From an uncultured Chloroflexia bacterium (GTDB lineage Bacteria; Chloroflexota; Limnocylindria; Limnocylindrales; CSP1-4), in NCBI GenBank assembly GCA_963718085.1, contig CAVQYA010000001.1:542113-606112 (forward strand): a stretch of DNA of 64,000 nucleotides, written 5' to 3'. A model generated the notes under the pieces. The model searched no databases and was not told the DNA's origin. It saw only the letters and a program-made list of their open reading frames with translations. A program made the translations under genes and the position numbers. How positions within the stretch are numbered: the first letter of the stretch is position 1; each line of letters opens with the position of its first letter. Below, in pieces: positions 49,826 through 58,179 of the stretch.

Positions 49826-50803
49826 ATGCCCCAGGCGAGCTCCTGGGGTTCGCTGCCGGCGGTTCACCGGTCGCGACCGGCGCCCGTCCCACTCCCGGTG
49901 GAGCTGCCTGTTCCCCCTGCCATCGAGCTGCCGATGGATCCTGTCACGCCGAGCGTTCCGGACCGGCCCCGGGTCCGCTACGACGTCGAGCTGTTCGAGC
50001 GGCTCAACGCGGAGTACGCCGAGCATCCGCTGGTCCCCGCCCCGCGCCGCTACGACCACGAGGCCATGATCGAGTCGGCCGTCGGGCGCCTGCGCGGCGT
50101 CCACCGCGCCATCGACCTGGCGAATCGGAAGGTGCTCGAGGTCGGCTGCGGAGGTGGCTACGAGCTCTGGTACGCCGCCCATGCGCTCGGCGCCGACGCC
50201 TGGGGGGTGGACGTCGTCGAGCGTCGGTCGTGGGTGGCCCTCGCGGGAGACCGTGTCCACTTCCAGGTCGCCGACCTGGCGACCCGGAACCCCTTCGCGC
50301 CGGACACGTTCGAGCGGGCGATGTCATTCACGGTCTGGGAGCACGTCCTCCACCCCTACCGGATGCTCGTCGAGACCCACCGCGCCCTCGTTCCGGGTGG
50401 CCTCTTCTGGATGAAGGCGAACCTCCATCGTGGCCCCCAGGCCTCGCACCTGTACCGCCACATCAACTTTCCGTTCCCCCACCTGCTCTTCAGCGACGAG
50501 GTCATCTCGGATGCCCTGGCGCGCCGCGGTGTCGAGGTGGACGGGTCGGCCTGGGTCAACCGCCTGACGTGGGCCCACTACGAGGACTACTTCCGGGAGA
50601 TCGGGTTCCGCATCCTCGCCCTGCGCTTCCGCGAGACGCCCATCGACGAGGCGTTCTACGAGCGGTTCCACGACGTCCTCGGCCGCTACCCCCGCTGGGA
50701 GCTGAGCAGGGACTTCTTCGAGGTCGTCCTCGAGAAGGGCGATCCCCCGGTCGCGGCTCCCGGGCGTGGGGCGCCTCCCGCGGCGCGTCCGCCCCTCACG
50801 TGA
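49826..50803 (+). CDS. Class I SAM-dependent methyltransferase
   Basis: Motif I is present (VLEVGCGGGYE), followed by downstream acidic and post-I residues. The start is uncertain (ATG 49826 or ATG 49934). Confidence 0.72.
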   Translation: MPQASSWGSLPAVHRSRPAPVPLPVELPVPPAIELPMDPVTPSVPDRPRVRYDVELFERLNAEYAEHPLVPAPRRYDHEAMIESAVGRLRGVHRAIDLANRKVLEVGCGGGYELWYAAHALGADAWGVDVVERRSWVALAGDRVHFQVADLATRNPFAPDTFERAMSFTVWEHVLHPYRMLVETHRALVPGGLFWMKANLHRGPQASHLYRHINFPFPHLLFSDEVISDALARRGVEVDGSAWVNRLTWAHYEDYFREIGFRILALRFRETPIDEAFYERFHDVLGRYPRWELSRDFFEVVLEKGDPPVAAPGRGAPPAARPPLT

Positions 50804-50804
50804 A

Positions 50805-50829
50805 GAGGCCGGCCCGGAGGGCCGGCCTC
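50805..50829. terminator. Perfect 11-bp GC hairpin between convergent genes (bidirectional terminator candidate)
   Basis: GAGGCCGGCCC (50805-50815), a GGA loop, and GGGCCGGCCTC (50819-50829). It starts 2 nt after the methyltransferase stop and lies 15 nt from the tRNA 3-prime end. Confidence 0.7.
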
Positions 50830-50843
50830 ACAGCCTGGCAGGG

Positions 50844-50918
50844 TGGTAGCGGAGGGCGGATTTGAACCACCGACCAAGGGCTTATGAGTCCCCTGCTCTA
50901 CCACTGAGCTACTCCGCC
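50844..50918 (-). tRNA. tRNA with anticodon CAT (Met by anticodon; may be lysidine-modified tRNA-Ile2)
   Basis: Reverse complement: GGCGGAGTAGCTCAGTGGTAGAGCAGGGGACTCATAAGCCCTTGGTCGGTGGTTCAAATCCGCCCTCCGCTACCA. It folds as a cloverleaf with a 7-bp acceptor stem (G1-U72), a GCTC/GAGC D stem, a CTCATAA anticodon loop, a GGTGG/CCGCC T stem and an encoded CCA. There is one A-G mismatch at the base of the anticodon stem. Confidence 0.93.
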
Positions 50919-50929
50919 GTGCGCTCATT

Positions 50930-51934
50930 CTATCGCAGGGTCGGCGGGCCGGGCGACGGCCGGACCCCCGGCCCCCGTGCGCGCACCCCCGAGGCGGGCC
51001 GGGTGACGAGGAGGATCCCCGCCGCGACGAGGACGAAACCACCCACGTCGAACGGCGTCAGCTGCTCGCCGAGCAGGACGGCGCCCGCCGCCACCCCGAC
51101 CACGGGCACCCCGAGGAACCCGACCGTGGCCGCCAGCGGCCCGATCGAGCGGGTGATCGACTGGCTGGCCCAGAAGGCGAAGGCCGTGGCCAGGGGTCCG
51201 CTGTAGAGGAGAATAAGGAGCGTGGCCGGCTCCCAGCGGATGGTGGCGCCGCGCTCCGCGAGGAGGGCGAGGACGGCCAGGGGGACGACTGCGACCAGGA
51301 GCTGCCATGGCTGGAGGGCGAGCGGTGAGGCTCTCCAGTGGTGGCGCCGCACGTGGATCGAGGTGGAGGCCCAGATCGCCGCGCTCAATAGGAGCAGGGC
51401 CGCGCCGGCCGCCTCGCCGGGCGCGCCCCAGTCGACTCCGAAAGGGTTCACCAGGGCGACGATCCCGGCCAGGCCCAGGACCAGGCCTGCCAGTTCCGTT
51501 CCCAGCGGACGAACGCGGAAGACGAGCGCCTGGAGGATGACCACCCAGATCGGCATCGTGTAGACCAGGATCGCGGAGCGGCCGGCGGGCACCACCTGGA
51601 GGGCGACGTTCATGAGAACCGTTCCCGCGGCGACCTGGCCCAGGGCCACGCTGAGGATGATCGGCAGGTCGTGACGCGACGGCCGGGCGAGCTGGCGGCG
51701 GGCGCCCACGATGACGAGGACCGTGACCAGCCCCGCCGCCACCCGGAGCGCCGCGTAGGTGAAGGGCGGCATGTAGTCCAGGCCCTTCTTGGCCACGACC
51801 CAGTGGACGCCCCAGACCACCGCGAGGGCGCCGAGCAGGAGCAACGCGACGCGGGGCGACGAGGTCGCGGCGATCGGGGAGCGAGGTGACGGCGGACCGG
51901 GCGGCGTGGCGCTCGTGGCGGGAGCGGGTCGCAC
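50930..51934 (-). CDS. EamA/DMT-family transporter
   Basis: About 10 TM segments with two EamA-like halves (VVWGVHWVVAKKGLDYMPPFTYAALR...). The start is uncertain: I chose GTG 51934, 20 nt after the upstream stop, and a TTG near 51845 is also possible. Confidence 0.75.
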   Translation of the reverse strand: MRPAPATSATPPGPPSPRSPIAATSSPRVALLLLGALAVVWGVHWVVAKKGLDYMPPFTYAALRVAAGLVTVLVIVGARRQLARPSRHDLPIILSVALGQVAAGTVLMNVALQVVPAGRSAILVYTMPIWVVILQALVFRVRPLGTELAGLVLGLAGIVALVNPFGVDWGAPGEAAGAALLLLSAAIWASTSIHVRRHHWRASPLALQPWQLLVAVVPLAVLALLAERGATIRWEPATLLILLYSGPLATAFAFWASQSITRSIGPLAATVGFLGVPVVGVAAGAVLLGEQLTPFDVGGFVLVAAGILLVTRPASGVRARGPGVRPSPGPPTLR

Positions 51935-51953
51935 GGTGCGCGGCGATCCGGGG

Positions 51954-52475
51954 CTAGTCGTGGGGGCCGAAGAGAACCTCCAGCCAGCCCTCGAGCGGGG
52001 ACGGCGGGGTCGCTTCCGCGCCGAGCCGCCGGGCCGGCGACCCGGGTGCGTCGTTCGCCAGGGCGGGGGCGCCCGGGGCGAGCGCGAATGGCCGCTCCGC
52101 GCGGGAGCCGAGCCGGTATGCCCGTGCCTGCTGCAGGATCCAACGCTCCTGGGTGACGAGATCGAGCTCGCGGCGGAGCGCGTCGGTCTGCGCCGCCACC
52201 CCCGCGTTGCGAGCACGCTCGTCGGTCACGCGGGCCGTCGCGCGGGAGGCCTCCGCGGCCTGCCCCGCGAAGCCGATGACGATCCAGGCGGCGAGCACGG
52301 CAAGCCCTGCCCACGCAACGCGCCGGCGCGAGACCCCTGCCACGCCAAGGCCGGCGAGCGACGGGCGGATCGTGGGGCCGGCGCCGTCCGGCGCGACCGG
52401 GGCCGGGGCCGACACCGGGTCCGGGCTCGGCGGCCCGTCCGGATCGCGAGGTGCGGGGCTGGAATGCCGAGGCAT
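51954..52475 (-). CDS. Septum formation initiator (FtsB/DivIC-like) family protein
   Basis: It has a Pro-rich N-terminus, one TM segment (VAWAGLAVLAAWIVIGFAG), a coiled coil, and a conserved ERWILQQARAYRLGSRAERPF-type block. The start is uncertain (ATG 52475 or 52511). Confidence 0.55.
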   Translation of the reverse strand: MPRHSSPAPRDPDGPPSPDPVSAPAPVAPDGAGPTIRPSLAGLGVAGVSRRRVAWAGLAVLAAWIVIGFAGQAAEASRATARVTDERARNAGVAAQTDALRRELDLVTQERWILQQARAYRLGSRAERPFALAPGAPALANDAPGSPARRLGAEATPPSPLEGWLEVLFGPHD

Positions 52476-52662
52476 GACCGAAGGGTGCACTGCGCACTGA
52501 CGGAGTGTCAAACCGCGGCGACGACCGCCGGCGTCGCGATTCCGTGCCTGACGCAGGCAGTCCTCGACGTTCCGCCGGGCTGCCGCGCGGGCGCCCCTCG
52601 AGAACGTCCGTTCGCGCTCAGTGCGCCGCCTGGGGCGCCGTCAGCCGGCCCGCGCCTCGCGA

Positions 52663-54588
52663 TCAGTCGGCCGCCTGGGGCGCCGTCGGGTCCCAGTCCA
52701 TCAGCCAGGCGTGATCGGGGTCCACGCTGAAGTGCCAGGCCCGGTTCGGCCCCGCCATGACGTTGAGGTAGTAGCAGTCGTAGCCCGCCGGGGCGCCGAC
52801 GGGGTGGTAGCCCGCGGGGACCACGACCAGGTCGCAGTCCCCGGGCGCCAGCACCTCGTCAAGGGTCCGGTCGGGCGTGTAGACCCGCTGGAAGGCGAAC
52901 CCTCCGGGCTTCGCGAAGCGGTAGAAGTAGACCTCCTCGAGGAGCGCCTCCCGCGGAGGGTCCTCCGTGTCGTGCTTGTGGGGCGGATAGCTGGACCAGT
53001 TGCCGCCTGGAGTGAAGACCTCGAAGGCGATCAGCCGGCCGGCCTCCGCCGAGGGCGGCAGGAGATGGTGGATCCGCCGGGCTGTCTGCCCGGTTCCGCG
53101 GGCCTCCGCGGCGATCTCGTCCGGCGGCACGTACGCTGTCCGCCGGACGGCGCCGGCGGGCGCGGACGCCACCACGACGAGCGCGCCGTCCGTGGCTCCG
53201 ACGACGCTCATCGGCACCCCGGGGCCGACGAGGATCACCGGCGGCGGAGGGCCGTCGAAGACCGTGGAGCGCGATCCCACGACCCCGAAGTCACGGTCCC
53301 CCGCCGTCACCGCGGCCCGCCCCTCGAGCACGAGGGCAAGGCGCTCGCGATCGTCCCCCGGGCGGTCGTTGCGCTGGCCGGCCCGGAGCCGGACGGCGGC
53401 GACCTCCAGGTATCTCCATCCCGCCCCGGCCGGGTCGACAGCCATGATCGTCCCGTCCGCGGCAGGCGCCGCGGCCCGGCGCAGGAGCGATCCACGCCGC
53501 GAGGAGGGGTCGGGTGACGCCGGAGCAGCCGCCAGGGAAGCCGGCGTGCCCGCCGCGGGACCGGGCGCCGTGGTCACGGGCGCAGGACCCGTGGATCCAC
53601 GCACGCGAAGCTCGACTGGGAGGATCACCCGCTCCACTCCAGCGCCGCCCCCGGCCGGCCGGGCGATGCTCTCGAGGAGGCGGCGGACCGCCCAGCTGCC
53701 CATCTCGCCCTTCTGCTGGGCCACCGTGGTGAGCGGCGGCTCCACCCAGGCCGCGGCGTCGATGTCGTCGAAGCCGACGACGCTGATCTCCTCCGGCACT
53801 CGACGGCCCAGGGCGCGGAGACTTCGGATCACCTCGATCGCGGTGACGTCGTTGTAGCAGATGAGGGCCGTCGTGGCGGGCCGGTCCGCGAGCAGTCCCT
53901 CGATCGACTGCCCGTCCGGCTCGGAGCCCCCGACACCGACCACGACCGGGACCGCGTCACGGGCGATGCCGGCCTCCTCCAGGGCGTCGAGAGCGCCCCG
54001 GACCCGGTTCATCGCATCGGCACGCTCGGTCGGGCCGGTGGCGATCGCGAAGCGCACGTGCCCCAGCGCGAGCAGGTGCTCGGCAGCCTGGCGACCCCCC
54101 GCCCGGTTGTCGGAGGCGATCGTGGGCACGCCGAGGTCCTCGCGCTCGCTGTTGACGACGACGACGGGGACGGCTCGCATCGCAAGGTGCGCGGCGTGGG
54201 CGTCGGTCAGGTGGCCGGCGGCCACGATGAGACCGTCGACACGCCCATCCTGGAGCAGTGCCAGGTAGTCAGCCTCGCGGCCCGGATCGCCCGCGCCGTT
54301 GCACAGGATGACCCGGAAGCCCCGCTCCCAGGCGGCGTCCTCGACGGCCCGCACCAGCTCCGGGAAGAACGGGTTGTGGACGTCGGTGACTATGAGGCCA
54401 AGGGTGGACGTCGTCCTCGTCTTGAGCGAGCGGGCGATGCTCGACGGGCGATAGCCGAGCGCCTCGGCGGCGTCCCGGACGGCCGCGACCGTCGCGGGCC
54501 TGGAGGCCGAGGCGCCGGACAGGATCCGGCTGACCGTCGCGGTCGAGACTCCGGCTCGCCGCGCGACGTCGCGGATCGTGGCGCCCAT
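52663..54588 (-). CDS. LacI-family transcriptional regulator read in frame with 5-deoxy-glucuronate isomerase (IolB); either a fusion or two genes
   Basis: This is a single 641-aa ORF. Residues 1 to about 335 carry the LacI HTH (TIRDVARRAGVSTATVSRIL) plus a periplasmic-binding-fold sensor. A Pro/Ala/Ser linker follows. From about residue 355 it is IolB-like (GWRYLEV..., PPHKHDTEDPPREALLEEVYFYRF, VVPAGYHPV). A GTGA motif at 53574-53577 offers a two-gene alternative. Confidence 0.85.
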   Translation of the reverse strand: MGATIRDVARRAGVSTATVSRILSGASASRPATVAAVRDAAEALGYRPSSIARSLKTRTTSTLGLIVTDVHNPFFPELVRAVEDAAWERGFRVILCNGAGDPGREADYLALLQDGRVDGLIVAAGHLTDAHAAHLAMRAVPVVVVNSEREDLGVPTIASDNRAGGRQAAEHLLALGHVRFAIATGPTERADAMNRVRGALDALEEAGIARDAVPVVVGVGGSEPDGQSIEGLLADRPATTALICYNDVTAIEVIRSLRALGRRVPEEISVVGFDDIDAAAWVEPPLTTVAQQKGEMGSWAVRRLLESIARPAGGGAGVERVILPVELRVRGSTGPAPVTTAPGPAAGTPASLAAAPASPDPSSRRGSLLRRAAAPAADGTIMAVDPAGAGWRYLEVAAVRLRAGQRNDRPGDDRERLALVLEGRAAVTAGDRDFGVVGSRSTVFDGPPPPVILVGPGVPMSVVGATDGALVVVASAPAGAVRRTAYVPPDEIAAEARGTGQTARRIHHLLPPSAEAGRLIAFEVFTPGGNWSSYPPHKHDTEDPPREALLEEVYFYRFAKPGGFAFQRVYTPDRTLDEVLAPGDCDLVVVPAGYHPVGAPAGYDCYYLNVMAGPNRAWHFSVDPDHAWLMDWDPTAPQAAD

Positions 54589-54592
54589 CGAC

Positions 54593-55457
54593 CTACCGCG
54601 CCCCGCCGGGCGGCACCGCCCGACGCGCCTCGACGGCGACGGGCCGGCCCTCCTTGGCTGAACGGGTGGCGGCGTCGGCGATCGCCAGGGCCGCCCGGCC
54701 GTCCTCGCCGGTCACGCGCGGCGCCCGCCCCTCGCGCAGGCAGGCCACGAAGTCCTGCACCTCGAGGACGTAGGACGCCTCGAAACGCTGCAGGAACCAG
54801 AACATGTTGTCGCGGGTCACTCCCTGGCTCCCGTAGCGCCGGACGAGAGTCTCGGGCGCCTCGCCGACCACGACCTTGCCGGCCGACCCGAAGACCTCGG
54901 TGCTGACGTCGTAGCCGTACGCTGCCCGCCGCGACGCCGTGACGACGCCGAGGGCCCCGTTGTCGAAGCGCAGCGACGCCACGACCGTGTCCGAGTCGCC
55001 GATCTCGCCGATCTGCGGGTCCACCAGGGCCGCGCCGTAGGCGAAGACCTCGGTGACCTCGTGGCCGGTGAGGTAGCGAACAACGTCGAAATCGTGGATC
55101 GAGCAGTCGCGGAAGATCCCCCCGGAGACGGCGAGATACGAGATCGGGGCCGGCTGCGGATCGCGGCTGGTGGCCGTCACGAGCTCGACCTTGCCGACCG
55201 CGCCCTCCTCGATCATCTGGCGGGCCCGGACGTAGGACGGGTCGTAGCGGCGCTGGAAGCCGATCTGGAGGGGCACGCCCGCGCGCTCGGCGGCTTCGAT
55301 CGCCTTGAGCGTGCGCGGCATCGTCAGGTCGATCGGCTTCTCGCACAGGATCGCCCGGCCGGCCCCCGCCGCGGCCTCGATGAGCTCGGCATGAGGTACT
55401 CGACGAGGATCTGGGCGCCCGTCAGCCGGCGCACGGCCACCACCTCGGAGCCCATGG
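54593..55457 (-). pseudogene. Gfo/Idh/MocA oxidoreductase (IolG, myo-inositol 2-dehydrogenase-like) with a truncated or disrupted NAD-binding N-terminus
   Basis: The region from HAELIEAAAGAGRAILCEKP onward (QIGFQRRYDP, FRDCSIHDFDV, GYDVSTEVFGS) is IolG-like. Upstream, only about 25 codons follow a good AGGAGG-ATG (55457), and they are in a different frame. No GxGxxG Rossmann motif is recoverable in any frame. Confidence 0.6.
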
Positions 55458-55595
55458 GTGGCTGCCTCCTCCTGCGGTCCCCGACCCGGACCTCGCGGGC
55501 AGCGTAGCGATCCTTCGAAGGCGCACCGCACGCTCGGCGATCGTCTGCAACGAGGAAATCTTGCGCGACCGCGGAGGGTGCCGTCAAGGCGCGAG

Positions 55596-55611
55596 ATGCA
55601 ATCGATTGCAT
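55596..55611. promoter_or_regulatory. Perfect 16-bp palindrome matching the LacI-family operator pattern
   Basis: ATGCAATCGATTGCAT contains TGCAATCGATTGCA, which fits TGnAAnCGnTTnCA. It lies 139-154 nt upstream of the iolG-like start, in the divergent region shared with the helicase gene, and is AT-rich relative to its context. Confidence 0.55.
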
Positions 55612-55851
55612 GGACCTTGCCTGCACCGGGCGGACACTCCGCCGACCCGCCCGCGGCCTCCTTTCGACGGCGGCGCCGCGCCGGCCGTGCGATCGGCGAG
55701 GCGATCGGCCCCGCGCTCGGCGGCGCGATCGAGCGTGCCACATGAGCTGGCACGGGGCCCGGCCACCGTCCCAATGCGTGGGGTGCCGGTCGAGCTGGTA
55801 TCCTCCGGAAGCCAAATAGCACAGGCGTTTGCATTCGCGGAGGCTCCACCG

Positions 55852-58179
55852 ATGCGCACCTACGCTCCCGCCTCGGTCGAGACGGTCCTCGCCCGGATCC
55901 TCGAGGAGCCGTCGCTCGCTCGCGGCGTGCTGCGCCGCGTCGTCGAGCCTGCGCGCGAGGCCGTCACCGCCCCATTTCCCGCGTGGCTCGATCCCCGCAT
56001 CCGGGACGCCCTCGCAGGGCGCGGCATCGGGACGCTCTACGCGCACCAGGCCGAGGCACTGTCCGCCGTCCGCGCGGACCGGGATGTCTGCGTGGTGACC
56101 CCGACAGCCTCCGGGAAGAGCCTCTGCTACGAGCTGCCGGTCCTCCAGGCGTTGGCCGAAGACCCCTCGGCCCGGGCCCTCTGGCTGTTCCCCACCAAGG
56201 CCCTTGGCCAGGACCAGGTCGTCGCCCTCCGCGAGCTCGCGTCCGCGGCGGGGCTCCCGGTCTCTGCGGCCACCTACGACGGCGACACCCCGGCGCCGAT
56301 CCGCTCGACGATCCGGTCCGCCGGCCAGGTCGTGGTCACCAACCCGGACATGCTCCACGCGGCGATCCTCCCCCACCACACGAAGTGGTTCCAGCTCTTC
56401 GAGCAACTCCAGTTCATCGTGATCGACGAGCTCCACACGTACCGCGGGCTCTTCGGGAGCCACGTGGCCAACGTCGTCCGCCGTCTCCTGCGGCTCTGCG
56501 CGCACTACGGGTCGCACCCCGTGATCGTGACCTGCTCGGCCACCATCGCGAACCCGGGCGAGCTGGCCGCCCTGCTCACGGGTCGGGAGACGCTCGTCGT
56601 CGACCGCAACGGCGCGCCAGCCGGGGAGCGCCACCTCCTCTTCGTGGACCCGCCCGTCATCGACGCCGCCTCCGGGGCGCGCGGCTCGGCGCTCGCCCTT
56701 GCCCAGCGCTGGGCCCTCCCTTTCCTGCGAGCCGGTCGCCAGACCATCGTGTTCGGGCGGTCGAGAACGTCCGTGGAGCTGATCCTCACCGGCCTGCGCG
56801 AGACGCTCCGCGAGCACGGCGGGCCGCGCTCGCGGGTCCGTGGTTACCGGGGCGGCTACCTGCCCACGGAACGGCGGTCCATCGAGGAGGGGCTGCGCGA
56901 TGGCGACGTCCTCGGCGTCGTTTCGACGAACGCCCTCGAGCTCGGCGTCGACATCGGCCGCCTCGACGTCGCCATCCTGGCCGGCTACCCGGGATCAATC
57001 GCCGCCACCAGGCAGCAGATCGGTCGCGCGGGCCGTCGCCTCGGCGCGAGCGTGGCGGTCCTCGTCGCCTCGGCGGCGCCCGTCGACCAGTACGTCGTCC
57101 ACCACCCGGAGTTCATCCTCGACCAGCCGCCCGAGGAGGCGCGCATCGACCCGGACAACCTCCACATCCTCCTCGCCCACCTCAAGGCGGCGGCGTTCGA
57201 GCTCCCGTTCACGCCCGGCGAAGCCTTCGGGCCGGGCCCCGCGGACGACCTCCTCGCCTTCCTTGCCGAGGACGGCCATGTCCACCAGGGCAATGACGCG
57301 CGCTGGTACTGGTCGTCGGAGAACTTCCCGGCCTCGGCGATCTCGCTGCGAACAGCCGCCGAGGAGAACGTCGTGATCATCGACACGACGCCGGACCGGC
57401 CGAAGGTCATCGGCGAGCTGGATCTCTTCAGCGCCCAGACGCTTGTCCACGAGGACGCCATCTACCTCCACGAGACGGCCCAGTTCCACGTGGACCGTCT
57501 CGACTGGGACGAGCGCAAGGCCTACGTCCGGCGCGTGGACGTCGATCACTACACCCAGGCCGACCGCGCGGTCACGCTCAAGCCGCTCGACGTCTTCGGC
57601 GTGGTCGCGGCCCCCGGCGGATCGCGCCGCCACGGCGAGGTCATGGTCGCGAGCCGGGCGACGCTCTTCAAGAAGCTGAAGCTCGTGACGAACGAGAACC
57701 TCGGCTGGGGGCCGATCCACCTGCCCGAGATCGAGCTCCAGACGACCGCGTACTGGCTGACGGCCGAAGGGGCGGCAAGCGGCTGGCGCCGGGCCGAGCT
57801 CGACGTCGCCCTCGCCGGTGCAGGGCGCGCGCTGCAGGCCGTGGCCAGCGTCCTGCTCATGGTGGACCCGCGCGACCTCGGCCTCGTCACCCAGGTCCGC
57901 TCCCCGCACGACGGCGCACCCACCGTCTACCTCTACGAGGCGGTCCCCGGCGGGGTCGGCCTCGCCGAGCGCCTCTGGCAACGCCACGGCGAGCTCGTGG
58001 ACGGCGCGGCCGACCTCGTCGGGTCGTGCGACTGCGATGGGGGTTGCCCGTCGTGCACGGGGCCGCGGCCGGCCGGCGGCGAGGTCGACCTCAACGCCCG
58101 CGTCCTGGCGCTTCGCCTCCTCGACGGGCTTGGAGCGCGGGCGCGGAAGGCAACGGTCGCCGGACCCGCAGCTCGATGA
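55852..58179 (+). CDS. mrfA: DEAD/DEAH-box helicase with a C-terminal DUF1998 zinc domain (MrfA/YprA-like)
   Basis: The ATG at 55852 has a GGAGG sequence 8 nt upstream. Helicase motifs are present: I (TPTASGKS), II (DELH), III (SAT), and VI (QQIGRAGRR). The C-terminus has four cysteines (CDCDGGCPSC). The protein is 775 aa. Confidence 0.9.
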   Translation: MRTYAPASVETVLARILEEPSLARGVLRRVVEPAREAVTAPFPAWLDPRIRDALAGRGIGTLYAHQAEALSAVRADRDVCVVTPTASGKSLCYELPVLQALAEDPSARALWLFPTKALGQDQVVALRELASAAGLPVSAATYDGDTPAPIRSTIRSAGQVVVTNPDMLHAAILPHHTKWFQLFEQLQFIVIDELHTYRGLFGSHVANVVRRLLRLCAHYGSHPVIVTCSATIANPGELAALLTGRETLVVDRNGAPAGERHLLFVDPPVIDAASGARGSALALAQRWALPFLRAGRQTIVFGRSRTSVELILTGLRETLREHGGPRSRVRGYRGGYLPTERRSIEEGLRDGDVLGVVSTNALELGVDIGRLDVAILAGYPGSIAATRQQIGRAGRRLGASVAVLVASAAPVDQYVVHHPEFILDQPPEEARIDPDNLHILLAHLKAAAFELPFTPGEAFGPGPADDLLAFLAEDGHVHQGNDARWYWSSENFPASAISLRTAAEENVVIIDTTPDRPKVIGELDLFSAQTLVHEDAIYLHETAQFHVDRLDWDERKAYVRRVDVDHYTQADRAVTLKPLDVFGVVAAPGGSRRHGEVMVASRATLFKKLKLVTNENLGWGPIHLPEIELQTTAYWLTAEGAASGWRRAELDVALAGAGRALQAVASVLLMVDPRDLGLVTQVRSPHDGAPTVYLYEAVPGGVGLAERLWQRHGELVDGAADLVGSCDCDGGCPSCTGPRPAGGEVDLNARVLALRLLDGLGARARKATVAGPAAR

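Noticed and set aside
50686-51042. ORF of 118 aa overlapping the tRNA.
   Set aside because: It contains the translated tRNA sequence (..SVVEQGTHKPLVGGSNPPS..), a classic artefact.
55324-55457. The short frame MGSEVVAVRRLTGAQILVEYL as the N-terminus of an IolD/ThDP enzyme.
   Set aside because: The resemblance rests on only about 12 residues. The frame terminates after 44 codons, and the downstream sequence is unambiguously IolG-like. The resemblance is probably coincidental.
55852-58179. The DUF1998 helicase as part of a DISARM-like or other phage-defence system.
   Set aside because: No methyltransferase, PLD nuclease or other defence partners are nearby. The only coupled gene is a YprB-type exonuclease, which matches the MrfAB repair module.
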